Virus record (IMG/VR): IMGVR_UViG_3300046474_000470
Span: 20,888 to 84,887 of that record
Length of the DNA: 64,000 nucleotides
From: a virus
Direction: 5' to 3' (one strand)
Shown here: positions 29,853 to 41,488 of the stretch, one piece after another
How positions within the stretch are numbered: the stretch's first letter is position 1
Layout: the number at the start of each line of letters is the position of its first letter
Notes under the pieces: generated by a model
Databases searched by the model: none
The model's input: only the letters and a program-made list of their open reading frames with translations
Told to the model about the DNA's origin: nothing
Position numbers and translations under genes: made by a program

Positions 29853-30669
29853 TCGTGATCTCCTTCGTCAGGGTTGACGGCATCCCGGTAATCGGCTTGC
29901 GTCATGCCGTGAATGTTGTAGAACTCGGCGTCGTACTCGCGGCCGGTCAGCCCGTCGAGCTCCGGGTCGCGATAGGTGGGCGCCGCGCGCGGCGGGTATT
30001 GGTAGCCGCGGTTCGGCGGGCAGCTGGGTGCATGCTTGGTCACCCAGCGACCGCCGACCATGTTGGTCTCGCCAGCGCCGACCGCCACCGGCTGGCGACA
30101 GGCGGCGCAGATGGATTCGAATTTGTTGATCATGGTCGATAGTCCGAAACTTGATAGCTGTACAGCCCGCAGATGTCCAGCTTCTCGCTGTCGTCGCGGG
30201 CCACCTGCGTGACCAGGGTGGCCACGATGTCCTTGAGGATGTCCAGCTGCTGCTGAACCGAGCCGTCCGTCTGCTCGCGGATCGCAAGGTCTATCAGCTG
30301 CCGGGTCGAGCCGATCTGCGTCATGCCCTCGTTCGAGTGCTTGACGCCTTCAACCCAGAATTCATGCGTCATGGCTGCCGCTCCGACTTCTCGGCCGCCA
30401 GCCGCAGCGCCTCCAGTTCGTTCTGGCGCTCACGGGAGGCGCGCGCGGCGCCCACCATCTTCACGTTGCCCATGTGGAGCGGAATCTGCGGGATGCATTC
30501 GATCGTGATGACGAGGCCCCAGCTGGCAGCGCCGTCGATCAGGCCTTGCAACTCCTTGCGGGCCGCGACCAGGCTCTGCTCGGTCACCTGCAACTGGCGC
30601 TCGTACATCTTGCGCTCGTGCGTCTTGGTGGTGTCGGCGTGCGCCGCAAGGAGGTCGTCGATCGGTCGT

Positions 30670-31695
30670 TTAGATGTCATGGCTGGTCTCCCAGTTGCTG
30701 CTGCTGCCGAGGATCTCGCCGCCGGGGAGCGTGCCCGGGTCGAGCAGGATGACGAGGCACTTGCCGATATCGACGTTGCCGTCGGCGTCGCGCAGCTCGT
30801 CCTTGGAATCGACGCCGTCTTCATGCACGGCGGCGGCCGCCAACAGACGCTCCGGATCGTGGATCTTCACGTTCAGCGTGAAGTCGTAGTAGTGGCGCTG
30901 CGCCGGCGGGGCGAAGTCGGCGGCGGTGGCGGTCGGCAGATACTTGATGCTGTTCCAGCACCACCAGCCGGCGCCGATGTCCCAGGCCTTCTCGCCGTTG
31001 GGCATGATGGTCGGAGCGTAGCGCGTGGCCTGATTCTCCGTATCCTCGTCCATGTCGATGACGATCACGTTATCGCCTTCCCAGTGCATCGGCATCAGCG
31101 CGCCGTCTTCGGTCGCCTGGCGGATCAGCTCGTCGACGGCGGCGCGCTCGAAGAAGGGCTTCGACCAGCCGTTCCACAGGTCGCCGTTGCCCCAGCAGGC
31201 AAGCCGCTCGTCGTCTTTCATCCAGTCGGCGTCGACGAGCCCCTGGCGGTAGGTCGGCGGCTCCGTCATCTCGCGGAAGGTCTCGAAGAATTTGTCGCGC
31301 AGCATGCGGTGCGAGAAGCCGCCGCCGGCGGTATTGAATTCGACACTGCCGGTGCCTAGGCGCGAGATCGCCACGCGGCGGCCATCTTTGTCAACCCAGA
31401 CCTTCTTCGTGGCGTCGTTCAGGTAGTAGGTGGTGGCGTGGTCCCAGGCTGCGTTCCAGAGGCCGCGATCGGCCTCGCCTTGGGCAGTATCGTTCATCAC
31501 CATCGGGCGCTCCATCACGTCCTCGAAAGCGCTGGCCATTACCATGTTGGCGTCGCAGAAGTCGTGACTGTGGCAGGTGCCGGGGTCCATCTCGGCGGTG
31601 TTGCGGCGCAGGACCTCGGCGAATTGCTCTTCGGTCAGGACGTTCTCCAGCTGCTGCGCGAACATCTGGGCGATATTTACGACGGTTTGGGTCAT
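30670..31695 (-). CDS. Multi-domain hypothetical protein (341 aa)
   Basis: CHSHDFCDANM N-domain, then a WNGWSKP..IGAGWWCW domain. Confidence 0.7.
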   Translation of the reverse strand: MTQTVVNIAQMFAQQLENVLTEEQFAEVLRRNTAEMDPGTCHSHDFCDANMVMASAFEDVMERPMVMNDTAQGEADRGLWNAAWDHATTYYLNDATKKVWVDKDGRRVAISRLGTGSVEFNTAGGGFSHRMLRDKFFETFREMTEPPTYRQGLVDADWMKDDERLACWGNGDLWNGWSKPFFERAAVDELIRQATEDGALMPMHWEGDNVIVIDMDEDTENQATRYAPTIMPNGEKAWDIGAGWWCWNSIKYLPTATAADFAPPAQRHYYDFTLNVKIHDPERLLAAAAVHEDGVDSKDELRDADGNVDIGKCLVILLDPGTLPGGEILGSSSNWETSHDI

Positions 31696-34600
31696 GGGTG
31701 GCTCCCTTTAATTTCGTCAAGTTCGGACTGCAGATCTTCGATCTCGCATTCGGCATGGGCCGTCAGTTCAGGGTCGTCCTCGCGGTCGATGTAGGCCTGC
31801 AGCTTCCCGATTGTCTGCTCGATCACGCTGCCGGTTTGCGGCTTGAAGGTGGCGTCAGGGTATTCCTCCTGCACTTTCAGGCAGGCCATCTCGTCATCGT
31901 CGGCACGCACGAAGAAGAAAGCCAGCTCCTCGCCGTCGAGCTCGGCGCGGGCGGCCCACAGGTTGTCGGGCAGCCCGAAATACGCCCCGCCAGCGTCATA
32001 CCCTCCGTCGATCAGCGGCACGCGCTCGAGCTCGAACTCGAGATCGTCCATGCCGTGGGCGTGATGCTCGCGGCGGCCCATCGGCGCGCCGCGGCTGCAG
32101 TTCATTTCGGGCAGGCGGATGGGCATGCTATCTCCTCTTGTAGACGTGAAGGTCGACCAGATAGGTCAGGGTGGCAAGGTGGTCGAGGATCTCCTGTGCC
32201 GACTTGAAGTTGCCGGGCGCGGCATAGACGGCGTCGACCGTCTGGACGACGAACGTACCGACCTGCACGCCCAGCTGCCCGGAGAGGCCGGCGCCGCGCA
32301 GGCTGTCCAGCCGCTTCTCGACCTCTTTCGTGATAGCAGCCATGTCAGGCCTCGCCATCGTCGCGGAACTCCAGTTCGTCCATCCGGTATTCGTTGCCGT
32401 CCTCGTCAAGGTACAGCAACTGGCCAGTGGTCGAGCACGTCTGCGTTTTCTGGCTGTCCCAGAACACCTTGGTGCTGCCTTCCCAGATCGGCTCGTTCTT
32501 CTCGTCGAAGCCGGAGATATTGGCCCGGGCCGTAAGCCTTTCGAGGGTGCCAATGATCTGGGTATCGGTACCCTTCACGTATGCTTGCTTCATTTGTCAC
32601 TCTCCTTTTCTTGTTCAAGCAGGTGCGCCACGGCGCGGCCGCGCTGGTAGATGGTGTCGAAGTCGACGCCGTTCTCGTAGCTGCGCGGCCCAGCATTGTC
32701 AAAGCCGCGCTGCCAGTTCGCCCGGCTCATCGGCAGGCTGAAGACGTTGAGGTCGTTGCCGTACTGGCGGTGGCGCCGGATGTCGTCCTTCGCAAGCTCC
32801 TCGGCCTCGGCGCGGATGCCTTCGGGTGTAGTGGGGCGGCCCATGTCATTCTCCTTTCAGTTTGTCAAGGCTGCGTTGCAGGATGCTGCCCAGGTGCCCG
32901 GGGTGGAGCTCCTCGGCGCCGGCCAGCAGGGCTTCGGCCTTCTCTGCCACGTCCACCAGCGTCGGCAGCCGGTTCAGCAGCGGCATGTAGCGGGCGATGA
33001 CGTCGACCGTGTCGGCGCCGCTGACCGGCTCGTCGGCGTTGAAGCCGAGGCCTTCGAGTGCAGCGACCAGCAGCCGGGCCTGGGCGCCGATCTGGGTGGT
33101 AGGCGCCGCCACCGGCAGCACGCTGAAGTCGAAGTCGCGGATGAGGGCGGCGTCCTTGCAGTCGTCGGCATCCATGCAGCTGTCGTCCGCGTCTTCGTGC
33201 GCCAAGGTCTGGCCAAGGGACAGCGCCTTGTTCACCAGTTCGGCCACACGCTCGTTGCGCAGCATGGCGTCGGTGGTGACGATCAGTTCGAGTGCGTGTT
33301 TCATCGCACCACCTTCCATTCCTGCGCCTCGACGTCCCAGGTCACGCGCTGCATGCTGTGGAAATGGTGGCCAGGCACGATGAACTGGCCAACCTTGTAG
33401 AAGCCGGTGGCCTCGAACGCCATGATGTCTTCGTCCTTGCCGCGCACCAGCAGCGTCTGGATGCTGTCGGGGCCGTTGTCTTTATCCTGGATAATCTGCA
33501 TGTGCTACTCCTTGTAGAGGGAAAGGCCGGGCCAGGTGTCGGCGTCGACGTCGAGCATGATCCAGCCGGTATTGGTGTGCGGCTGCAGCGCGCGGAAAAC
33601 GTGCTGCAGGTCGACGGGCAGGCCGTAGAATTCGTCGCGCTGCTCGGCGTCGGCGCAGGCCTCGCAGGCCGGGATCCGGAGGAAGAAGCCGTCCTCGTAC
33701 TGGGCGATCCAGAAAGGCGGCTCGGCCTCGTCACGCTTGACGCGCAGCCAGTGCAGGGTGCGCTGTGACAGGTGGCGCAGCGCGATGGCCGGCATGGCGA
33801 TCTGACGGATCATAGCGGCTCCCCATCCACAGGCTCGCCGTCAATCTCGTAGAGGTCGACGTCGCCTTCGACGCTGACCTCGCACAGGATCGGCTCGCCG
33901 CCCGGCCAGCAGCCGAGGTTGGCGCTGGCACCGTCGACCTGTTCGCGAAGCAGATCGGCTGCAGCTTCCTTGGTGTCGGCCTTGACGCGGATGGCGCAGA
34001 CGAGGGTGGTGTCAAATGCGAATTCAGGCATAGCTGTTCCTAGTTGTTGAACCAGGCCACATGCGTGGCCCAGTCGGGTTTCGGGGTGGACCAGACGCTG
34101 TGGTCCATGCTGCGGCCTTCAGCAGTGGCCCAGTAGCCGTCGCCGTCGGAGCGGATGAAGCCGCTAGTCCTGCGGCACTGCTCGAACTCGTCAACCGTAA
34201 GCAGATCACCGCAGCTTCTATCGTGAGGCGTGAGCACGGGCACGGTCGGCGCCCAGTCGCCCCAGCTTTGCTCGCTGGCACGCCACTCGCACAGCTTGTC
34301 GAAGCGATCAGGCAGCGGCATCTCCTGCCATGTTGCGTGGGGATGCTCCAGGCCGCTGAAGACGATGCCGGCGCAGTCGCCAGTGGTGATGCCGACCTGG
34401 TCCATCACGCTGCGCAGCGCCTCGTCGAGGTCGTTGATGTTGGCTGCGACGTTGAGCATCTCGTCGGTGATGGCGTCGCCGGCGCGGCGCGTCGCCGGCT
34501 CGTCTTCGATCTCGGATATAGCGATCAAGCTCTCGTTTTCAGCGTCGATGTCGATCTGGGAGGGCAGGTTGAGACGCTCGCACAGGGCGTCGATCTGATC

Positions 34601-36360
34601 GTCGTCGAGCGGCGTGACGGCGCCGCAGTTGGTGGCGATGTCGATCAGGTTGCTCGGCACGGTACCGAGCCGCTGCAACTCGATCTGGTAGCCGCGCAGC
34701 GCGGCCAGCACGGTGGCGTGCTCGGCGGGGTTGAGGGCGTAGAGGGTGGTCATGGGTTCTCCTCGTCAATCTGGGCCTCGACCCAGTCCCAGTAGCCGCG
34801 GATCGTGATCCGCTGCGCGACGGCTTGGCGCCAGTCCCAGGCCGAATAGCGTGGGTGCTCGCCATCGCGCTCATCGTTGCTGGGCGTCGTGTACTTTTGG
34901 CGCAGTTCGTCAGCCGTCAGCAGCCGGTCGTCACGCGCAAGTTCGGGCGGGTAGTGGCTCATGCTTGTGTCTCCACTTCGTAATGCGTCCGGGCCCGCTC
35001 GAGCATGGCGTTGAAGTCCTGCTCGTTGCGGTCGGCCCAGTGCATCAGGTTGCAAAGCAGGTCGCCGAGGGCGTCTTCGCGGTCGGTGTTGGTCGCCATC
35101 TCGAAGTTGGCGATCGCGATCTCGGCCCATTCGGCGCGGGCGTCGTTCTGTCCTTCGGGGTCGGGTGGCAGGTTCATTTCATCTCCTTGGGTTGGTAATA
35201 GGCGACCTCGCCGGTCCAGGCGAAAGGCCAGGTGTCCAGCTTCACGCCGGCGCGGCCGGTGAGCAGCATGCGCGGCGGCCAGCCGGGCCACTCAGTGTTG
35301 GCCATCTCGTGGTTGACGACGGTGCCGTCGCCGTGCGGCGTGGTGACGCGGGCGCCGATGACGGGAAGGGTCACGGCCGGACCCTCCCGTCCGACAGCTT
35401 GAGCATCTCGACGTACTCGTGCAGCCGCTTCTTCGCCACGCGCAGAGCTTCTTTGATAGCCGGCACGTCCTCCGGGTAAGTGGCGCCCTTGTTGGCGTCG
35501 GCGATCGAGGCGTTGACGAACTTTGTGATGCGCTTCTTCAGTTCGCGGGCTTCGCTGGTGGTGATGGTCATGTGGTCTCCCTGTGGCGGTTGTAGCGGCG
35601 CTCCTGCTCCCGGTGGGTCAGGATCTGGTACATCTCGCTGCGCCGGCGGTGGTAGGGCAGGGCCTTGTACTCGCGCTTGAGGCGCTTGCGGATCCAGACC
35701 AGCGTCTCGCCGGTACCGTCGGCGAGCAGTATGTGCAGGGCGGCGCGCCGGATGCGCCGGGCGGCGCGGCCGTTCACGATGCCGCTCCCGACATATCGAT
35801 CACCACACGCAGACCATCCAGGATGACGTAGTAGACGTCGGCCTTGCGGGTGGTGTAGACGCGGCGCCAGCGGTGGTCGTCCAGCACCTGCACCTCGCGG
35901 GCGGTGGGCACCTTGTCCGCCCTGGTCTGGCCGTTCTTCGAAAAGCGCTCGCGCTGGTTGGTGACGGCGAGCTTGCGGTGCTGGGTTGGGTCGCTGGCGA
36001 GCATCTCGTAGTTGCTGGCGCCGACGGCGCGCACCCCGCGGATCGCGCGATCCGGGCAGCCTTCGGCGGCCATGACGGCGCGGCGCGCGGCCCCTTCGTC
36101 GGTGGCCATGGTCTCGATGGTGACCCAGCCGCGGTCGTGCTTAATTCGCAGGCGAAAACGGAACATGCTCTTCCTCCTCGTCGTCGCCGGACGAAGTCCA
36201 GCCGGTGTTGGTGGTGGCCCGGGCGCCGTACTGCTCGCAGACCGGCTCGAGGACTTGATCCTGCAGCTCCTCGACGGCGAACTTCAGGATGCTGTTCATG
36301 CTGTCCGGCGGCGGGCCGTCGTCGCCGAAGTCGATCACGATCTTGATTTCAAGTTGCATG

Positions 36361-36897
36361 TCAGATCCCCCGGTTCCAGTAGCCCAGCTTGCTCATCGCC
36401 AGCACCGCGGCCTCGGCCTGCACGATGGCGTCGTTCAGGGCGTTGTGGTGCACGCCCTGGCTGCGATCGGGCGAGATGCCGGCCAGGTCGTACAGGGTGC
36501 GGGTGCAGCGCACGTTGTAGAAGGTCCACGGCGCGTCGATGCCGGTCGCGCGGTAGGCGGCGTCCAGCAACGGCACGTCGAAGGTGGCGCCGTGGCACCA
36601 GACCTTCTCGCCTTTCTGGTAGGTGAACCAGTCGCGCAAGGAGTTCAGCACGCTGTTCAGGTGCCGGCCCTCCATACCGAACGCAGCAGCGCGCGCCTCG
36701 TCGCTCTGGCCCATCCACCAGGCCACGGTGTCCAGATCGATGGTGAGGCCGGCGGCGGCGCAGCTCTTCGGGTCGATGGCCCAGTGCCGGCCTTCTTCAA
36801 TCTGCACGCCGCGCTCGTCGAACGGCACGGCGCCGACGGAGAGAATGGCGGATCCGGGCGTGGTGCCCAGTGTTTCGATGTCAATCATGATGTGCAT
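36361..36897 (-). CDS. DEDDh 3'-5' exoribonuclease-like protein
   Basis: IMIDIETLG, TVAWW, HGATFD, HNALNDA. Confidence 0.85.
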   Translation of the reverse strand: MHIMIDIETLGTTPGSAILSVGAVPFDERGVQIEEGRHWAIDPKSCAAAGLTIDLDTVAWWMGQSDEARAAAFGMEGRHLNSVLNSLRDWFTYQKGEKVWCHGATFDVPLLDAAYRATGIDAPWTFYNVRCTRTLYDLAGISPDRSQGVHHNALNDAIVQAEAAVLAMSKLGYWNRGI

Positions 36898-38269
36898 ATG
36901 TGTTCCTTATTTGATGCGGACGAAGGCGATCGCCTCTTCCAGCGTGAGGTTGGTGAGGATCTCCTCGGCACGACCGTCGACGAGGTCTTGGCCGCCGCCG
37001 AAGGCGGCGCGCCACAGGTCGTCCGCAAGGATTTTCAGGTAGGCGTCATCGGCCAGCATGTCCGGTGCCAGCACGGCGCTGGCGCAGACGTCGTGGTCGA
37101 CCATGTGCTCGCCGACGGCCATGAGGAAGGCGCCGGCTTCGGCGTGGGTGAGGTTGGCGGGGATGGTCATGCCAGATTCTCCGCGAGGGCGCCGATCAGC
37201 TGCAGCGCGTTCATGTGGTAGGTGGAGCCGGCGTGAGCCTGCAGCGCGGCGTGAATGATGGCGTCGGCATCGCTGGCGAACTTGGGGTCGTCATAAGGCA
37301 CATCCGGATGGTCGCTCGGGCAGTCGATGCGCTGCAGCTGCAGGCGGCCGTCAACGTCAAACAGGTCCCAGCCCTCGGCCCAGGCTTGTGCATTGTCGAA
37401 ATGAATCATTCTTCCTCCGAAAGGTTGCGGCGCGCGAGCTCGGCGCGCGCCAGGTTGGCATAGGCTCGGCGGCCGGCGGCGCGCTCTTTCTCGAGCACAC
37501 CGTACACCTGCCGGTCGGTGCACTGACGCAGGTAGCCTTCGAATTCGTGGCGATCTTGGTTGGTCATGCCCAGCCCTCGTCGAACACATGAAAGACCATG
37601 CCGCCGGCCGTCTGCACGGTGCCGATAAAGGCGCCCTCGTAGTTCTGGTTCGGCCAGCCGGTGCCGATCACGCGGAGCCGGCGCGGCGCCGGCGGGCTCT
37701 CCGGATTGACCAGTGCCCAGACATAGAGCTCGCCAGCCTGCCCGCCGGTGGAGAGGATTTGCGCGTCGGCCGGCATGAGCGTCTCGCCGGACTGGATCAG
37801 ATACTTGTAGATGGTTTTCATGGCGCGTAAATCTCCGTGTTGGTGAGATCGATCTTCGGCAGCGCCTCCAGCGGCACGAAGGCGACCCAAGGGTTGGCAA
37901 TCATGTTGCTGTCGCTGGCAAGGATCAGCGCGTGGCCATACGGCGCCCACGGGATGATCTTGAAGCTGCCGATGTAGTCGTTGCTGGCGCCGCCGATGCG
38001 CGGCGTGCAGCGGCTCTCGACCCGCCGGCGAACGTCTGGCAGCGGCCGCACGTACAAACCATGCTTGAGGCAGCTGCTCAGGTTGTCGTCGCCCCAAATC
38101 TTGATGCCCGGCGCCTCGGAGCTGACGAAGAAGTAGCCGGGCGGGGCGATAGGGAGGGTGCCGCGGTCGCTGCGCTCGTAGCGGCAGTATTTGAAGTCGG
38201 CGAACAGGCTGGCCAGGTCGGGCATGACGCCGAACAGGGTCTTCGCGACGCTTTCGTCAGGTAGCGGCT

Positions 38270-38716
38270 TCATCGCGCAGCCTCCTGTGTCTGCTCGATG
38301 TCCTCGACCTGCGCGCGGACGTCGTCTTCCAGCTCCTCGCGCGCCAACAGCACGCGGATCCGGGCGATGACGTCGGCAGGCTTCGGGTCGTAGGTTTCCT
38401 CGCCCTTCTCGTTGACGGTGTAGGCGCTGCTGCTGAACAGGCGCCAGACGTCGTCGAAGTGCAGGCCGAAGAAAATCTCGAGGGCGTCCCAGTTGTTCGG
38501 GTTGTCGGCGCCGGGCGCGGTGTCCAGCAGGAGGACCGGGACGCGGCCGGAGCCGGTACCGCGCAGCTCGAAACCCTGCTGGTTAAAGACCGGGTCCTGG
38601 GCTGCATGGCCGGCGGCGCAGGCCGCGGTGCCACAGGTCCAGTTGTCCATCTTGAGCCGCCCGGGCGGCACGCGCTCGAGGATGGTGATGAGGTGTTTCA
38701 GGCGTTCACGGTTCAT
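38270..38716 (-). CDS. Hypothetical protein, paralog family B
   Basis: MNRERLKHLITIL..CGTAACAAG..DPVF..ADVIARI. Confidence 0.75.
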   Translation of the reverse strand: MNRERLKHLITILERVPPGRLKMDNWTCGTAACAAGHAAQDPVFNQQGFELRGTGSGRVPVLLLDTAPGADNPNNWDALEIFFGLHFDDVWRLFSSSAYTVNEKGEETYDPKPADVIARIRVLLAREELEDDVRAQVEDIEQTQEAAR

Positions 38717-40066
38717 GACTTCTCCTGGTAGTAGGTCTGGCAGAGGACGGCGTCGTTGAGGGCGTTGATCAGCTGGCGGCGCCACTCGTTGTCGTTTTCC
38801 ATCGGCTCCTGGTCGTAGATGAAGGTGTGGATCGGCGTGGCCTCACCGCGCTTGACTGCAGCAGAAGCCTCTTCGTAGGGAGGCAAGTTGGTCATTCCTC
38901 TTCCTCCTCGAAGCTGATCTCGACGCGCAGCAGGTTGCCGGCGCTGTCCTCCACCCGGTAGACCGGAAAGCGGCCGTCGCCCCAGGCGGTGCGGGAAGCG
39001 ACCGCCGTCTCGGCGCCGCGGCCAGCGAGCTCGCCGCCCTTGCTGCCGTCAATGGTGCGGAAGCAGGCGCTGTTGTAATCCAGGCCGTAGCGCGGCAGGG
39101 TGGTCGGGATGCGCTGGTAGGTGCCGGCGTCGAGCAGCTGGTTCATGCATTTGCCGCCTTCGCTCTCGATCGGCGACTGGAAGTGGTCGAAGTCGACGCC
39201 ATACTGCAGGACCTTACCGTCGGCGTTCTTGAAGCGGCGGATGTCCTGGAATTCGGTGTCCTGCCAGTGGGCGAGATAGCGGGGGTCGACGATGACGAAC
39301 TGGCCGGAGTCGATGGTGATGTGGCCGATGAGCTTGCGGATGGGGTGGGTCACAGGAGGTCTCCCAGGGTTTGCTGTTTGATGGTGGTGGAAACGATGCC
39401 GTACATTTCGGTACGGTGCTGGCAGTTGCCGTACTTGCGCAGACAGGTGATCATGCCGCGCGGGGCCGTGTCGCCAGCGAAGTTGAGGGCGCACTGGATG
39501 GCGTCGGCCTTGGTCAGCGCGATGCTTTGGCTTTCGGACAGGCAGCCGGGCAGATGCCACTCGGCGATCCAGATCTTGCGGCGCAGGGCGCTAGCCAGCA
39601 CGTCGGCGGCGCGAACGCCGTAACCGTCGGCCAGGCGCTCGATGGCTTCGTCGAAGGTGAGCTTCACAGCAGCCTCCCTTCGATGATGCGACTGGCCACC
39701 AGCACGACGCAGCCGGGCTTGTGCTCCACGGGCAGCATGTCGAGGTCGACGATGCAGTAGCGGCAGCGGGCGTCGCCGTGCGGGTTGATCCAGCGATGCC
39801 AGCGGTGCACCGTCTGGGCAAGCTGCAGCACTTCTTCGGGGGTGGCGCTCATGCTTCCTCCTCGATCCAGCGCAGGCCGAGGAAGTGCGGCGACCATGCC
39901 TTGTGCAGGCGCATGTCGCCGACGTCGTCGGGGTTGGACCAGACGTGCACGTAATTCGTTTCCGGGTCCCAGCCGGCAACGGTGTAGAAGCGTGCCGGAT
40001 AAGCGCCGCGCTCGCGCACGACGTCGCCCGGGCGGACCTTGAAGCCGGAGTCTTCGCGGACGAGGA

Positions 40067-40306
40067 TCATTTCTGGGCCTCGACGTCGCGTAGTTGCTTG
40101 ATCAGCGCGAGGAGGGTGTTCGGGTTGGCAGCTTCGACGAAGGCAAGCTCCGGGCTGTCTTCGCCGACACAGGTCTCCAGCACGTAGCGCATGCCGCCGT
40201 AGCTGGGCGCGGCGATGACGACGCCGGTGGATTCCCAGTCGCCGCGGAAGGTGCCGCCGCCGGCGGCGATGGCTTTCGCTTCGAGATCGTCAAGGTTGGT
40301 GGTCAT
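40067..40306 (-). CDS. Ead/Ea22-like protein
   Basis: LDDLEAKA..AFVEAANPNTLLALIKQL. Confidence 0.6.
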   Translation of the reverse strand: MTTNLDDLEAKAIAAGGGTFRGDWESTGVVIAAPSYGGMRYVLETCVGEDSPELAFVEAANPNTLLALIKQLRDVEAQK

Positions 40307-40379
40307 TCGTCGAGGCTCCAGCTGAGGCCGAGGATTTCAGCCGGCCACGGCGTCAGGTGGCGCACGTCGGTGGCGCGGC

Positions 40380-40769
40380 TCATTTCGTTTCTCCTCGTGC
40401 AAGTAATTTTTCGATGCGGGCGATGACGTCCGCGGTGGTGGGATTGCGGCCGTAGCTGCCCGACGAGAACAGATTCAGGCTCTCCTGCAGGGTGATGTCG
40501 AAGAACTGGGAGGCGACGTCGAAGCCGGTGAGCCAGTCTTCGGTACCGGCCAGTCGCGGCTGGAAAGCTGCGGCGTTGCCACCGTACTGCGACTGCTCAT
40601 AGACCAGCGTCAGGCCCTGCTCGATAAAGACTGGGTCGAGGCAGGCCCATCCAATGGCGCAGGCCACCGTGCCGCAGTCGCGGTTCTCGCGCCAGGTGCT
40701 GAGGGTGAATTGCTCGGCCGGCACGCCCTGCAGGACGGTGATCAGGTGCTGCAAACGCTCGCGGCTCAT
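40380..40769 (-). CDS. Hypothetical protein, paralog family B
   Basis: MSRERLQHLITVL..CGTVACAIG..DPVF..ADVIARI. Confidence 0.75.
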   Translation of the reverse strand: MSRERLQHLITVLQGVPAEQFTLSTWRENRDCGTVACAIGWACLDPVFIEQGLTLVYEQSQYGGNAAAFQPRLAGTEDWLTGFDVASQFFDITLQESLNLFSSGSYGRNPTTADVIARIEKLLARGETK

Positions 40770-41155
40770 TTCGTGGCTCCTGTGGCAAGGGTGATGGCGC
40801 GGTTGTAGGTGGCGACGACTTCCTTCGGCGTGCGGCCGAGGAATTCAGCGACGGCTTCGAGCGTGAGGTGGCCGGTGAGCTCCATGGTCGGCGACCAGCT
40901 GGCGCGCAGCAGGCGCGCCATGTCGAGGGTGAGATCGGAGCCCTCAGCCTGGGTGATGAGGGCTTCGATTTCTTCAGGCGACTCGGTGACGGTCAGGGAT
41001 CCGCTCACCAGGTGGACGCTCGTCAGCTGCACGCGGCTGCCGGTGTCTGTCTGGTAGGGCGGCGGCAGGGTGATGCTTTCGATGTTGGTGGTGCGGATAC
41101 GCACCGGGCGTTGGCGGGCATAGGTGGCGGCGTTGTTCAGGGTGATGAAGGACAT
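40766..41155 (-). CDS. FlbD-like N-terminal domain with possible C-terminal HTH
   Basis: FITL..IESI..VTESPEEIEALI, then TLEAVAEFLGRTPKEV. Confidence 0.45.
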   Translation of the reverse strand: MSFITLNNAATYARQRPVRIRTTNIESITLPPPYQTDTGSRVQLTSVHLVSGSLTVTESPEEIEALITQAEGSDLTLDMARLLRASWSPTMELTGHLTLEAVAEFLGRTPKEVVATYNRAITLATGATK

Positions 41156-41488
41156 TTAATTCTCCTTGATGTTGGCGATGAGGCGATCGAGCCATGCGAG
41201 GCGGGCAAGGTGCAGGATGCCGTCCTCGTTCATGTAGCCGTCGAAGTATTGAGGTGGCAGATCGCGGGTGGGCGTGCCCGGGCAAACTTCCTTGACCAGC
41301 CAGGTCGAGAGCAGGAAGAACGGGGCGATGCCCTCCTCGATGACGGCCCTGATGTCGCGCGCGAGGACGCCTTCCGCGCGCCCTTCGATGGCGTTGTGGA
41401 TGGCGAAGCAGATGTAATGCTGCTTGCCGCTGTCGATGAGGGCGCGCGCGGCCTCCAGGATGGGCAGATGCTTGTGGGTGAGGGTCAT
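41156..41488 (-). CDS. Hypothetical protein, paralog family A
   Basis: LTxxHLPIL..IC..ARLAWLDRLI. Confidence 0.75.
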   Translation of the reverse strand: MTLTHKHLPILEAARALIDSGKQHYICFAIHNAIEGRAEGVLARDIRAVIEEGIAPFFLLSTWLVKEVCPGTPTRDLPPQYFDGYMNEDGILHLARLAWLDRLIANIKEN

